From the IMG/VR virus record IMGVR_UViG_3300030520_000004: a stretch of 59,328 bases of DNA, one strand, 5' to 3'. Under the pieces are notes generated by a model. The model was given only the letters and a program-made list of their open reading frames with translations, was not told the origin of the DNA and did no database searches. Origin of the DNA: an uncultured virus (IMG/VR IMGVR_UViG_3300030520_000004) (taxonomy: Duplodnaviria; Heunggongvirae; Uroviricota; Caudoviricetes). Positions 1-9,514 of the stretch are shown in pieces. Each line of letters begins with the position of its first letter. Position 1 is the stretch's first letter. Position numbers and translations under genes: made by a program.

Positions 1-225
1 AGGCTGAGTTCGCGGCGCGGCAGGGCGGTATTGAGCAGGAGACGCTGCCGGGCTTTTAGCGCCGTCCAAGTCGCCTGCTAGTAGCTGATTGTCACGAGCG
101 CGCGAGGCTCTGTGCAGCTTTTGTATCGCCTGGGATGTAACAAGCGCTGCGTCCAAGCGCTTTCCAGCTACTGAAGGTGACGATAGGAGCCGACGGGTGG
201 TACGGACCGCTCCGTAGATGCACAC

Positions 226-241
226 TCGAACACATGTCCGA
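226..241. promoter_or_regulatory. Putative LexA (SOS) box overlapping the start codon at 234
   Basis: TCGAAC-ACAT-GTCCGA, one mismatch to the actinobacterial TCGAAC-N4-GTTCGA consensus. Confidence 0.6.
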
Positions 242-647
242 AAGCAAGACCCGCCAGCAGGCCCCGTGGCCGCCAGGAGCACCCCGACCCGGCGACCCGT
301 CATGGCCCACCGGCGCCATGAACTGGCTCGTAGATCAGGTACCGGCCCTCGACTGGCGGCGCAGTATCCTCGCCGGCCAGCCCTGGATGATGACGATCAT
401 CGCCGTGGCCGCGATCCGCGCAGATCTGGCCGCCCTGCGCGAGCAGTACCGGCTCACCGCCGGCGCGTGGTGGTCGATGCTGCCGGACCCGACCGCGCGG
501 GCGCTCCTGGCCGCCACCGGCAGGGAAGGGCAGCGGCTCACGGTGCTGCTGGAGCAGGTGCTGGCGCTGGAGGAAGCCCTGTCGCCGGGGCAAGGGGAGC
601 GGACCGCGGGGCCGGGGCCGGGTGGGGATGTCAGTGGTACGTCGTAG
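234..647 (+). CDS. Conserved actinobacterial hypothetical protein
   Basis: ATG at 234 within ORF 177..647; WP..P..W..WL.D..P ... EG.RL pattern resembles a family of actinomycete hypotheticals. Confidence 0.6.
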   Translation: MSESKTRQQAPWPPGAPRPGDPSWPTGAMNWLVDQVPALDWRRSILAGQPWMMTIIAVAAIRADLAALREQYRLTAGAWWSMLPDPTARALLAATGREGQRLTVLLEQVLALEEALSPGQGERTAGPGPGGDVSGTS

Positions 648-737
648 CGTCGTGAGTGCGCACCCCGGCCGACGGCAGTCGCCCCCGGTATCTGCGCGAC
701 GGCGGCGGTCGGACCGATGCACGGGGACGGCCGCCGC

Positions 738-1601
738 TCACTGTTCGATCGTCGTCAGCCAGCGCGGATCAGTCGGCGGCATCACGGTCCGGCCGCAGTC
801 ATGGCAGGCCCAGACGTTGATCTGCCGTGGCTGCTGCTCCCACTTCCGCCCGCAGTCGAACACGTGCCGCTGCTCGCACACCGGGCAGTACGGGGTGTAG
901 CAGGCGGGGCAGGCGAGGATCTTCTGGCCGCAGGCGCACCTGGGCAGCATGGCGTCCGGGTTCCCGACAACCGTGCGGTAGGCCGCCAGCTCCCCGCGCT
1001 CCTGCTCGTGGACCTTAAGGATGATGAACTGGTCGATCTGCCGCTCCGTCGGGGGCGGTGATGGGTTGCCCATCTCGCGGAGGATCTCGCGCATCTCGCT
1101 CGGCCGGATGCCCGCTACGGTCGGCACCTCCATCCGCCGCTTCCGCTGCTCCTCCCGGTTCCTGCGCCGCGTCCACGGACCTCCAGGGTCCTCGGTCTCC
1201 AGCTGGCGGCGCACGTCACCGTCAGGGTCGAGTGCGACCGGGTCGAACGCCGGGATCTCACCCAGCCACTCGACGCAGGCGATGTGCGCCCGCCGGACAC
1301 CGAGGCCGACGCCCCAGGCGTACACCGTGCCGTCCCGGTCCTCCATCCCGCAGATCGGGCAGCAGCCGGGCGGGCAGTCCTTGCCGCCGGGGAAGGCGGG
1401 GGTGCGGGGCTCGCGGACTGGCTCAATCGCCCTCGTCAGCCGCCAGCCGACCCACTGCACCGCCGCCACCGGAACCGTCGACACCAGCAGCCAGCCGACG
1501 ACGTGACGCCCCAGCGCGAACAGCACGCAATGCGCCACGACCAGGAGGCTGGCCCAGATCGCGTTGCACAGCCACCAGCGGTGCTTCGTCGTCTTCTTCA
1601 C
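738..1601 (-). CDS. Hypothetical protein, N-terminal TM helices and Cys-rich Zn-binding segments
   Basis: GTG overlaps the upstream stop (GTGA); hydrophobic N-terminus; several CxxC motifs. Confidence 0.6.
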   Translation of the reverse strand: MKKTTKHRWWLCNAIWASLLVVAHCVLFALGRHVVGWLLVSTVPVAAVQWVGWRLTRAIEPVREPRTPAFPGGKDCPPGCCPICGMEDRDGTVYAWGVGLGVRRAHIACVEWLGEIPAFDPVALDPDGDVRRQLETEDPGGPWTRRRNREEQRKRRMEVPTVAGIRPSEMREILREMGNPSPPPTERQIDQFIILKVHEQERGELAAYRTVVGNPDAMLPRCACGQKILACPACYTPYCPVCEQRHVFDCGRKWEQQPRQINVWACHDCGRTVMPPTDPRWLTTIEQ

Positions 1602-2002
1602 GTCCCCGCCTCCCAGCCCCACGCCTTGGCGAGCCCCTGCACGGCGCTCGCAAGGGCGTTGAACCTTCCCAGGAAGATCCCGGCGTCCGCCGGGTGCACT
1701 CGGTCCGGGGCGGCCAGCGCCTTGTCGACGTCAGCTTTCGCCTTCGCGTGCTCGGCCAGCACCTCCCGCTCGGCCTCGACCCGGCGCAGGACGGAGGCGG
1801 GGTCGTGCAGGGCGATGTGGCTGGCCTGCTCGCCGGTTGGCGCGCCTTCGTCGTACACCACAGGGTCGCCGTCGCTGTCCTTCACCGCATAGCAGAGCGG
1901 ATGCGGATCGCGCTCCCATTCGTCGCCACCTGCATCCCGCGCCAACTGCTCCGCCCGCTCGTGAGCGGCGAGCAGAAAGGTCACTGCCGGGTGGTCGGTC
2001 AT
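1598..2002 (-). CDS. DUF6221-like phage protein
   Basis: FL.A...AEQLAR...HIALHDPASVLRRVEAEREVL pattern; ATGA coupling. Confidence 0.65.
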   Translation of the reverse strand: MTDHPAVTFLLAAHERAEQLARDAGGDEWERDPHPLCYAVKDSDGDPVVYDEGAPTGEQASHIALHDPASVLRRVEAEREVLAEHAKAKADVDKALAAPDRVHPADAGIFLGRFNALASAVQGLAKAWGWEAGT

Positions 2003-2289
2003 CGCTTCGCCCTCTCGTCGCGGCAGCAGCACCAGTCGTCCAGCGGGATGGGCGGGAACCACTCGTCCGGGGCTTCCCCGCAGCGCTCGCAGCAGCCGTT
2101 GACGTGATGCTCGGACGACCAGTAGAAGCCGCCCCACGCCTGCTCACGAACGAGCTGGCCCCAGTACCGCCGGAACCACCGCCGCTGTGACGCCGGACCC
2201 CAGCGGGCCACGATCGGCGGGATGATGCCGTTGATCGGCGGATGCTCGGGGATGTAGGCGGGGTCGTCCAGCGGGGCGCGGTCAGTCAT
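1999..2289 (-). CDS. Hypothetical phage protein (Cys/Trp-rich)
   Basis: Part of the coupled leftward gene chain. Confidence 0.55.
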   Translation of the reverse strand: MTDRAPLDDPAYIPEHPPINGIIPPIVARWGPASQRRWFRRYWGQLVREQAWGGFYWSSEHHVNGCCERCGEAPDEWFPPIPLDDWCCCRDERAKR

Positions 2290-2503
2290 CGTCGCCCTCT
2301 TCCTTTGGCCCCCGGGAGAATCCCATCAGTCGACTGTGGTCGCATCGCAGGATGGCGGTGAACTGGAAGTCGTCCTCGTCCACGATCTCGTGCTTGGCGA
2401 CGGCGGTCGATGGGCAGTCGGCCAGGTGCCGTTCATCGTGGAACGGCAGGGTGCTGTAGATCGAGCGGAAGAGGTCGAGGATCTGGGCGGTCGCGTCGGT
2501 CAC
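2282..2503 (-). CDS. Hypothetical phage protein
   Basis: Coupled chain. Confidence 0.5.
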   Translation of the reverse strand: MTDATAQILDLFRSIYSTLPFHDERHLADCPSTAVAKHEIVDEDDFQFTAILRCDHSRLMGFSRGPKEEGDDD

Positions 2504-2615
2504 CGCCGCCTCCGCTTCGCCCGCGCCCGCTGCCTACGCCGGTACTCGGCGTTGAGCGGCCAGACCGTCAAGCCCGGCGCGGGATGGCCGTCGAACGTCA
2601 AGCCGGTTGGATGGA

Positions 2616-2930
2616 TCACTGCTGCTCCTTCATCTGCCGCAGGTACTCCGCGAGCCCCGCTTCGTCGACCTCGACCGCGGCACCCATCTCGGCGTGCAGG
2701 CGCCGGTACAGCCCGCTGCCGTCCCGGAGCAGCTCGTACGGCATGTCCTCCCAGCGCACTGGCCCGACCAGCTCGGTGATCGCGGTAATCCGCATGAGCC
2801 GGTTGTCGCACGCCACCGACCAGCGGCCGTTGTGCGCCCACTGGGTCTCGTGGGCCAGGTCCGACCACAGGCAGGCCAGCTCCTCGCGCAGCGCGGCCCG
2901 CAACTGCTCCGTCTCGTCTATGTCGGTCAC
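2616..2930 (-). CDS. Hypothetical phage protein
   Basis: GTGA overlaps at both ends. Confidence 0.6.
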   Translation of the reverse strand: MTDIDETEQLRAALREELACLWSDLAHETQWAHNGRWSVACDNRLMRITAITELVGPVRWEDMPYELLRDGSGLYRRLHAEMGAAVEVDEAGLAEYLRQMKEQQ

Positions 2931-3274
2931 CGCTGATCCCCGATCCCGAGTTCCCGCTCCAACTCGCCAATCCGCCGCCGCAACGCCTCATGCTCGGCTC
3001 GCTGCTCCGATCCGGACTTCGTGGGCGTTGTTGCCATCCACCTGGCCAGGAGCAGGCTCGTGCCGAACGTCGGCAGGGTCAGCGGCCAGAACAGGCCGGT
3101 GAGTGCCGCGCCGAGCATCGTGTCACCGCGCTCGTGGCTGTCGAACCACTCCGCGCCGAGAGTCGGGGCCTCGTCGATGCTCTTCGCCCGCCACCGGCCG
3201 TACAGGTGCCGCATCCAGAACAGGGAGACGGCGACGTAGGCGACCATGCACGCACAGAAGATCACGATGTTCAC
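2927..3274 (-). CDS. Small membrane protein (2 TM helices plus coiled coil)
   Basis: VNIVIFCACMVAYVAV... and LTGLFWPLTL hydrophobic stretches; GTGA coupling. Confidence 0.6.
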   Translation of the reverse strand: MNIVIFCACMVAYVAVSLFWMRHLYGRWRAKSIDEAPTLGAEWFDSHERGDTMLGAALTGLFWPLTLPTFGTSLLLARWMATTPTKSGSEQRAEHEALRRRIGELERELGIGDQR

Positions 3275-3732
3275 CGCTGCCCTCGCTTCCTGATGGGGAT
3301 CACTCTCGGCGCAACCTTCACCGCGACCTCGCTGAAGTCCGGCTGCTCCATAATCCCGCCCGGACCCCCGACGTACGGTGCGTCGCAGAACCAGCCGTGC
3401 CAGTGCTCCACCGCCACGTACCGGCAGTCGGGTGGGCAGTCGTCGGTGACCCACCGCCGACTGCCCGTCTCGGCCCCGATCGCGGCATCGGTCCAGCCCG
3501 CGTCGGTCAGGATGCGGGCGACCCGCTTGCGGGAGCCGACGCCGCGCAGTTCGGCGACGGCCGCGACCACCTCGGGCTGCAACTCCTGCGCCCGGTCCCG
3601 GCCGTACATCATCAGGTGGTTGTCGTGGAACAGCATCTCGGCCACGGCGAACATGTCCGGGAATTCCAGTGTCTCGTCCGCCTCGTCCAGATAGGCGCGC
3701 CATTCCTCCGGGAGCCGCCAGGCGTCGGTCAC
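3271..3732 (-). CDS. Hypothetical phage protein
   Basis: GTGA coupling. Confidence 0.55.
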   Translation of the reverse strand: MTDAWRLPEEWRAYLDEADETLEFPDMFAVAEMLFHDNHLMMYGRDRAQELQPEVVAAVAELRGVGSRKRVARILTDAGWTDAAIGAETGSRRWVTDDCPPDCRYVAVEHWHGWFCDAPYVGGPGGIMEQPDFSEVAVKVAPRVIPIRKRGQR

Positions 3733-4271
3733 TCGGGCCTCGCGGTGTGCTCGTGCTTCACGCCGTACAGGTAGTGCGGGCACTGGCCACCCGGGCACGG
3801 CGCCAGCACCTCGGGGGCAGACTTCGGCGTCGGCTCAACCGTGGGCTCCCAGCAGTCCGGGACCTGCCAGCAGGCGTCGTCGCACTCTCGGCCCTCGTAG
3901 CCCGGCGGCTCGAAGTGCGGGTAGCCGGCGTCGTAGATCTGCTCGCTGAGCCCGTCGATGCCACCAACCTGCTCCACGGCCCACAGGAACCAGCGGCCGT
4001 GCGGCTCCAGCCACGCCGAGTCGACGCACACGCCGTGCGAGATCAGCTTGGCATCCTGCAGGGCGTTGAGGACGATCTGCCGTGATCCCACCGGTCCGAT
4101 CAGCTCGGCTAGCCGCTGCTTCTTGTCCTCGCCGTAGCTGGGCATGAGGGACAGGACGTCCCAGACGAGTCGGCGCGCGTCCTCGGGCCAGCCGCAGCCG
4201 CAGGACGGCACGTCATCGCAGAGGATCTTGTAGAGGTGGCAGAGGATGTCGTCGGTGCGGTCGTCTGTCAT
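3729..4271 (-). CDS. Hypothetical phage protein (Cys-rich)
   Basis: Coupled chain; CGCG.P motif. Confidence 0.6.
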   Translation of the reverse strand: MTDDRTDDILCHLYKILCDDVPSCGCGWPEDARRLVWDVLSLMPSYGEDKKQRLAELIGPVGSRQIVLNALQDAKLISHGVCVDSAWLEPHGRWFLWAVEQVGGIDGLSEQIYDAGYPHFEPPGYEGRECDDACWQVPDCWEPTVEPTPKSAPEVLAPCPGGQCPHYLYGVKHEHTARPE

Positions 4272-4453
4272 CAGTAGCACCCCCGCTCCATGTCCCCGAT
4301 GCACGTCATGTTGGCCCGCACGAGCTTGATCACGTTCCGGGCGATGTCTTCCACGCCTGTGCGATCGCCCGTCGGGTCGATCGCGCCAGCAACGCGCTGG
4401 ACAAGCTCGGCGTCGGAGAGGACGCCCCACGGGCGATACGGGGAGTCAGTCAC
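4271..4453 (-). CDS. Hypothetical phage protein
   Basis: Coupled chain. Confidence 0.45.
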   Translation of the reverse strand: MTDSPYRPWGVLSDAELVQRVAGAIDPTGDRTGVEDIARNVIKLVRANMTCIGDMERGCY

Positions 4454-4676
4454 GGTTGGCCTCCCATGCCCGCAGTCGCGCGTTCAGCATCTCTCCGTGC
4501 CGCCGTACAACGGCCTCGGCGTCATCGATCGCCGCCAGCGCCATCTCGCGGTCCATCGACCAAATGCTGCACTCTTGGGTGTGCCACTGGAGGCCACCGC
4601 AGGAGCAGCCAGTCACCCACCGGTCCTCGCGGGACAGCTGCGGCGGGTTGAGCCAATCGAAGCCCGGGTCAGCCAC
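4446..4676 (-). CDS. Hypothetical phage protein
   Basis: Coupled chain; CxC...H...C motif. Confidence 0.5.
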   Translation of the reverse strand: MADPGFDWLNPPQLSREDRWVTGCSCGGLQWHTQECSIWSMDREMALAAIDDAEAVVRRHGEMLNARLRAWEANRD

Positions 4677-5004
4677 GGCGCGCCTCCTCGAACTTCACTG
4701 CGGTCAGCCGGTCGTGAGGCCCGAGCCGGACCGCGAACCCCTGCGCGGCGAGGATGCGCTCGGTGTCCTCGAGCAGCAGATTCGCCTCGTGGGGCGACCA
4801 GCCCACAGGCTGAGTGACGACGATGGCCTCGTCCCAGTGGAAGCCGCAGCGTTTGCAGTCGCGGCACATGCGCTCACCGATGCCCGTGGCAATGCGGCAG
4901 TCGCAGAGTCGTTGCTCGGGCGTCCAGTTCGTGCGGGCCTCGTGGCCGCCGCACTTCGCGCAGGTCGGGCGGTCGCCGGAGAACGGCGGCAGGGGAGTCG
5001 TCAT
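4669..5004 (-). CDS. Zn-ribbon hypothetical protein
   Basis: CAKC ... CKRCGFHWDE. Confidence 0.55.
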   Translation of the reverse strand: MTTPLPPFSGDRPTCAKCGGHEARTNWTPEQRLCDCRIATGIGERMCRDCKRCGFHWDEAIVVTQPVGWSPHEANLLLEDTERILAAQGFAVRLGPHDRLTAVKFEEARRG

Positions 5005-5324
5005 CAGATCGCCTCGAATCGGTTCAGCCGGATCGGCGTACCGCAGGCGCTGCACGGCATCGACGCGCCGCCGAACCACGTACGCCAGAACGGATTGGTC
5101 ACCCGGTTCAGCCCGGCCTTGTGCACGTCGCACACCGGCATCGGCTCGGCCTCGACGGCGCGGCACGTCGTCGTGTTCTCCTCGTGGTCGAAGTACGCGA
5201 CCCACTGCGCCGCGTTCTCGCAGGACGGGTTCGCGATCTCGAACCAGCACGGCACCGCGTTGGCGAACATCGCCAACGCCATCGCGCGGGACTCGGGGGT
5301 GGACTGCTGCTCAAGGCTAGTCAC
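5004..5324 (-). CDS. Cys-rich hypothetical protein
   Basis: Coupled chain; CDVH and CSAC motifs. Confidence 0.55.
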   Translation of the reverse strand: MTSLEQQSTPESRAMALAMFANAVPCWFEIANPSCENAAQWVAYFDHEENTTTCRAVEAEPMPVCDVHKAGLNRVTNPFWRTWFGGASMPCSACGTPIRLNRFEAI

Positions 5325-5779
5325 TGCTGCTCCTGGTCGTTGATCTTCTGCTGCAACTCGGCCAACGCCCGGCCGCGCGTCGCTGCCCGGGGCTCGCCGG
5401 GCCCGCGCTCGGCGGTCGCAACCAGGCCGGTCGGCAGGTGCGTGGCCCGGACCGCGTACATCGCAGTGTTGCTGTAGACGTCGACGCGGACGTCTTCCTC
5501 GGGGATGTGCTTGGGCGACGGTGCGCTCGGATAGAGCCGGTTGCTCACTCCGCGCCCGGCACGCGTGCACGTCGGGCAGATGGCCGTCCCGTGCCCCGAA
5601 CCCGCAGGAGAGTCGGGGTGGGGGATGGACGACGGCAGGTCATGGCCCGTGAGCCACTCGTGGCCGCCGAAGCCCTCCCCGCACAGCGGGCACGACGTCC
5701 AGAAGTAGCCCAGGGAGCGGGCGTACCACTCGTGAGCCCATCGGGGTGCGCTATCGGGCGGGCGGGGCATGCTAGGCAT
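5321..5779 (-). CDS. Zn-finger protein with a C-terminal release-factor-like (RF-1 domain) module lacking GGQ
   Basis: CPLC...CPTC, then IPEEDVRVDVY-SNTAMY-AVRATHLPTGLVA...RALAELQQKI. Confidence 0.6.
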   Translation of the reverse strand: MPSMPRPPDSAPRWAHEWYARSLGYFWTSCPLCGEGFGGHEWLTGHDLPSSIPHPDSPAGSGHGTAICPTCTRAGRGVSNRLYPSAPSPKHIPEEDVRVDVYSNTAMYAVRATHLPTGLVATAERGPGEPRAATRGRALAELQQKINDQEQQ

Positions 5780-5993
5780 GAGGCTGCTCCTGGTACTGGT
5801 CGATGTCGGGCAGGTCGTCCATGCGCCGCAGCGGCACGAACTCCGGTGCCCACTCGGGTTCGTCCTCGCCGGCGCACCACCGGCACAGGTCGGTGCGGAT
5901 GTCGTGCTCGTCGTGCGCCAAGTCCTCGCGGGGGGTGGGCTCGTAGCAGGCGCGGCACGTGACCTGGGTGGATATGGGCTGGGTGTCAGTCAC
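5772..5993 (-). CDS. Hypothetical protein (CxxC pair)
   Basis: Coupled chain. Confidence 0.5.
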   Translation of the reverse strand: MTDTQPISTQVTCRACYEPTPREDLAHDEHDIRTDLCRWCAGEDEPEWAPEFVPLRRMDDLPDIDQYQEQPHA

Positions 5994-6238
5994 GGGACCG
6001 CCCGGCACTCCGGGCACACCGGCTGGAGGCAAGCAGGCTGCTCACCCGGCAGGACCAGGTGCCCAGCGTGTTCGCCGCACGCGATCCACCCGGCGTCCCG
6101 GCCAGCCTGCTCCGCTTCGTCGAGGCTGCCAAACAGGTCCCGCATGTAGTCGGCCACTGGAACCCAGCCACCCAACTCGCAGGCCAGGTAGCGGCGGCAG
6201 GGGCCTGAGCAGGCCACCATGTACAAGGTCTCGATCAC
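5990..6238 (-). CDS. Hypothetical protein (CxxxC...CxxC)
   Basis: Coupled chain. Confidence 0.5.
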   Translation of the reverse strand: MIETLYMVACSGPCRRYLACELGGWVPVADYMRDLFGSLDEAEQAGRDAGWIACGEHAGHLVLPGEQPACLQPVCPECRAVP

Positions 6239-7335
6239 TGCTGCCGCCTCTCTCTGCGTGCGGCCTCGATCGCCTCGACGCCCTCGGCAAATGTCGTCGG
6301 ATGCTGCTGCTCCAACTCCCACGACAGGCGCGAGTGCTCATCCGCTGCCCGGCGGTGGCGGCACTGTGGCGGACATCCCTGCGCGCACTCGTCCGGGTCG
6401 TCCTGCCAGCGGCTGGGCGTCTCGGCAATGCGGGCCGCAGCTTCGCCCCAGTAGCAAATCCAGTGGCTGCCGACTCGGCCCCGGCTGCAACGGCCCGCCT
6501 GAACATCGTCGTAGATCATGCAGCAGACGAACTCGGCGCGGATCCCGTAGGCGATCTGCGCACCGTGGAGCTGGCGGGCGTCCACCGCCTGCTTCCGCAA
6601 CGCCCGTTCCATGCCTGCGATCCGCCGCTCCAGGTGCGCGATCTGCATCGCTGCGGCCGATCCTTCCCGCTCCCGCTTCCGCTGGTTCGACACCAGCCGC
6701 CCGTTCAGCGAATCGATGGCCACCTGGAGTTTCGCCATGCGCGCGTACGCCGCCGACCAGTCACCGGGCTGCGGATACGGGCCCAAGCTGAACGGGTCGC
6801 CGCTGTCGCCGGGCAGGCTGGCGAGGTGCGGCCGGACCATGTCCAGCACCAGCGCGGCCAGCTCTTCGGCCGTCGCCGGGGCTATCGACGTGTACCCGTC
6901 GTCCATGGTCTGCGTCGTCCACTGGTTCGCCCGGATCAGGTCCGTCAGCGCCTGGAGCGGGTCCTGCTCCCAGGTTGCGGGCGGCGGTGGCGGTGAGGCG
7001 TGCGCGCACTCGCCCCAGACCAGGGAGTGGACACCGGGCTTGCGGCAGGCGTGCGAGGAGCAGTCGTCGAAGCCGAGGAGGGCCCGCAGCGGGTCCGACT
7101 CAACCAGCGCCGCCACCGCTTCCGGGTCGGCCATGAACGAGTGTGCCCAGTCCTGCCGGTAGTCGCACTCGGGTCGCGGGCACCGCCAGCCGTTCGCCGT
7201 GGCGATCAATGTGGGGGAGTTGAAGGCGTGGGCTTCGCCGCAGCACGTGAACGGGTGCATCAGGCCGGACCGCTGGAGCCGGTTGAGGGTCGCGACCTGG
7301 AGCGGCGACCAGGGCGGGTGGATCAGATCAAACAC
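6235..7335 (-). CDS. Mosaic hypothetical phage protein
   Basis: 366 aa; AAGGAG RBS; HPFTC...GW.CP..C.YRQDWAH module plus coiled coil. Confidence 0.65.
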   Translation of the reverse strand: MFDLIHPPWSPLQVATLNRLQRSGLMHPFTCCGEAHAFNSPTLIATANGWRCPRPECDYRQDWAHSFMADPEAVAALVESDPLRALLGFDDCSSHACRKPGVHSLVWGECAHASPPPPPATWEQDPLQALTDLIRANQWTTQTMDDGYTSIAPATAEELAALVLDMVRPHLASLPGDSGDPFSLGPYPQPGDWSAAYARMAKLQVAIDSLNGRLVSNQRKREREGSAAAMQIAHLERRIAGMERALRKQAVDARQLHGAQIAYGIRAEFVCCMIYDDVQAGRCSRGRVGSHWICYWGEAAARIAETPSRWQDDPDECAQGCPPQCRHRRAADEHSRLSWELEQQHPTTFAEGVEAIEAARRERRQQ

Positions 7336-7463
7336 GGGGTCGTCTCCTTGAGGGTGGGTGGGTCACCGATCAGCCGGTACGGGATGCCAGCGGCGATGCC
7401 CCGGCGCAGACAGTCGAGGGTGCCGGTCGAGGTCGGGGCGGCGAAGACAGTACAGGCGATCAC

Positions 7464-7862
7464 TCAGATGCCGAGTCCGGTCGCCCGCTCGGGCCCGCAG
7501 GCGTCAAACAGGGCCTGCTCGGCTGCGGAGTACTCCTCCGAGTAGGTGGAACGCCGGGGCCGCATGCCTCGAATGCGGCACGTGTACAGCTCTACGGCGT
7601 GGATACCGATGAAGTCCCAGGCGTCGCCGGTGTGGATGGCACGAAGATCGACCACGGCTTGAGCCAGGATCGACAGGCGCTCGGGCGTGATGCCTTCGCG
7701 GTCAGCGTCGCCCCAGGCAAAGATGCCGCTAGCTTCGACGGCGATAGTGATCTGCTGGCCGTCGGAGTGCCACCGCAGTTCATCCAGGAAGTCCCCGTCC
7801 TGGGCGAGTCGGAGGACGTCGTGGATGAAGCGGACTTGCTGTGTGTCGGTGAGGTCGTGCAT
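7464..7862 (-). CDS. Hypothetical phage protein
   Basis: IFAWG.AD.E.ITPE...R.RGMRP...LFDACGPER pattern. Confidence 0.6.
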   Translation of the reverse strand: MHDLTDTQQVRFIHDVLRLAQDGDFLDELRWHSDGQQITIAVEASGIFAWGDADREGITPERLSILAQAVVDLRAIHTGDAWDFIGIHAVELYTCRIRGMRPRRSTYSEEYSAAEQALFDACGPERATGLGI

Positions 7863-8599
7863 CAGGACTCCTTCGGGTTGTGGGCGCCGCAGCCGAGTCC
7901 CTGCATCGCGTCCTCGGGTACGGCGCGGTCCATGACCGCTCGGACGTGCTGGCTGTACAGGGCGTCCCGTAGCCGTCGCCCCGCTCGCTGACCTGCGGAT
8001 TCATCCTCTGCGGGGCCTGTTTCGGTGGTTGCGCGGCCCACGGCGGCGATGCTTGCCCCACTTCCGTCGAGCAGCTTGAGCACGTCCTGCGCGGTCTCCC
8101 GGGCGGCGACCCGGCACGAGGCGTCGGCGAGCAGTTCGCAGTAGGCGCGGACGCGGGTGATGGTGGCCTGCGCCTGCTCCAGGTTCGACCGTTCGCCGTC
8201 GAGAGTGCGGGATGCGGCAGCGGCGCGATGACGCGACGACTTCCAGGCGGCGCGGTACCGATCCCGCTCCTTGCGGCGCTCCGTCAGCTCGCCCCACAGG
8301 AACTGCTGGAAGTGGCCGTCCCGCTTGGCGCAGGCTTCCTTGAACGCCTCGCGGCCGACGGCGAGATCACTGTCGCGGCGGACCAACTCCGGCTGAACGA
8401 CGGTCATCACCACGTCGGCCAGCGCGTCCACGTCGCCGTACACACTGGCCACCTGGCCGAAGTGCAGCACCTCGACCTCGATCGGATGCTGGCCGTTGCA
8501 CTCCTGATCGGACAGCTCGCAGTTGTCGCCGGGGCAGTCGAATGCGGCCCTGCGGATCGCCTCGGCGATGCGGGTACGGAGGTCGTCAGGCATCGTCAC
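7862..8599 (-). CDS. Hypothetical phage protein (coiled coil)
   Basis: DDLRTRIAEAI...ALADVVMTVVQPEL pattern; coupled. Confidence 0.6.
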   Translation of the reverse strand: MTMPDDLRTRIAEAIRRAAFDCPGDNCELSDQECNGQHPIEVEVLHFGQVASVYGDVDALADVVMTVVQPELVRRDSDLAVGREAFKEACAKRDGHFQQFLWGELTERRKERDRYRAAWKSSRHRAAAASRTLDGERSNLEQAQATITRVRAYCELLADASCRVAARETAQDVLKLLDGSGASIAAVGRATTETGPAEDESAGQRAGRRLRDALYSQHVRAVMDRAVPEDAMQGLGCGAHNPKES

Positions 8600-8979
8600 C
8601 ATGTCCTTCCGATCAGCCGGATCGGCCCGGCGGATTTCTCGATCTCGGCGAGCGGCACGTCTCCGTAGGCGTACGTGTCGATTTTGGACACGAGCGGCGT
8701 GCCGTCGTCGCCCATGCAGTGCTCGATCCACGCTTGGCCCTTGCCGTCGGACCAGAGACGGCGGCGGTTGTCGTCGCCGTTCGGGCAGTACGGGGTGCAC
8801 TGGATTGCGCAGCCCTCCGCGTCGCAGGGCGCGGTGACGGCCGCATCGAGTTCGGCGGTGAGCCGGTCGATTTCGGTGATCAGCAGCTCGATGTTCGGCC
8901 GGTTTATGGTCCACCAGCCCGACTCGGTAGCGGCGGCGCGGATCTGCTGGAGCCGGGCGGCATCCGGGGACTCAGGCAT
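8596..8979 (-). CDS. Ead/Ea22-like hypothetical protein
   Basis: RLQQIRA...LLITEIDRLTAEL. Confidence 0.5.
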   Translation of the reverse strand: MPESPDAARLQQIRAAATESGWWTINRPNIELLITEIDRLTAELDAAVTAPCDAEGCAIQCTPYCPNGDDNRRRLWSDGKGQAWIEHCMGDDGTPLVSKIDTYAYGDVPLAEIEKSAGPIRLIGRTW

Positions 8980-9514
8980 CTGGCTGCTCCGTCTCATTGC
9001 TGTCGGTCATGCTCTCCCCGAGCCACCCGCGCAGCTCGACCGGGTCGATCGGCTGGCCGCTGGCGATGGCCTTGTCGGCGTAGGCGCGCAGGTCGTCAAG
9101 GAAGTGTGAGTACTGCCTGTTGAAGCGCCCGGCCCGGTCTCCGCGCTCCTGCCAGATGAACCGCTCCTCGGCCATCTGCTGGCGCTGCTCCATGGCTCGG
9201 CGGGCCAGTTCGTCCGAGTCGTCCCGTTCGGCGGTGAGCTGGTCCACGCGGGCCAGGAGCCAGCGGGCGTCGGTGTCCCCGCTGGCCTGCGGGAGGCTCG
9301 CTTCAGGGGTGCGGCATGAGGCGCAGTGCCGGAGTTGGCTGAACTGGCCGACCACCCAGGCGTGGCCGGGATCGGTGTCGTTGGAGTGCGCGGCCGGGCA
9401 GACGTTGGCCCCGGCGAGCTTGGCCCGGATCTCGGCGAGCCGCGCATCGTCGGCCGGCGGGGCGGTTCGGCGGGCATGCTCCGCCTGGTCCTTGATCACG
9501 CTGCGGTCAGTCAC
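8972..9514 (-). CDS. Ead/Ea22-like hypothetical protein
   Basis: ARLAEIRA...DARWLLARVDQLTAE. Confidence 0.5.
   Translation of the reverse strand: MTDRSVIKDQAEHARRTAPPADDARLAEIRAKLAGANVCPAAHSNDTDPGHAWVVGQFSQLRHCASCRTPEASLPQASGDTDARWLLARVDQLTAERDDSDELARRAMEQRQQMAEERFIWQERGDRAGRFNRQYSHFLDDLRAYADKAIASGQPIDPVELRGWLGESMTDSNETEQPDA

Noticed and set aside
1..59. 3' end of a plus-strand gene (AEFAARQGGIEQETLPGF*)
   Set aside because: Plausible but too short to support any call
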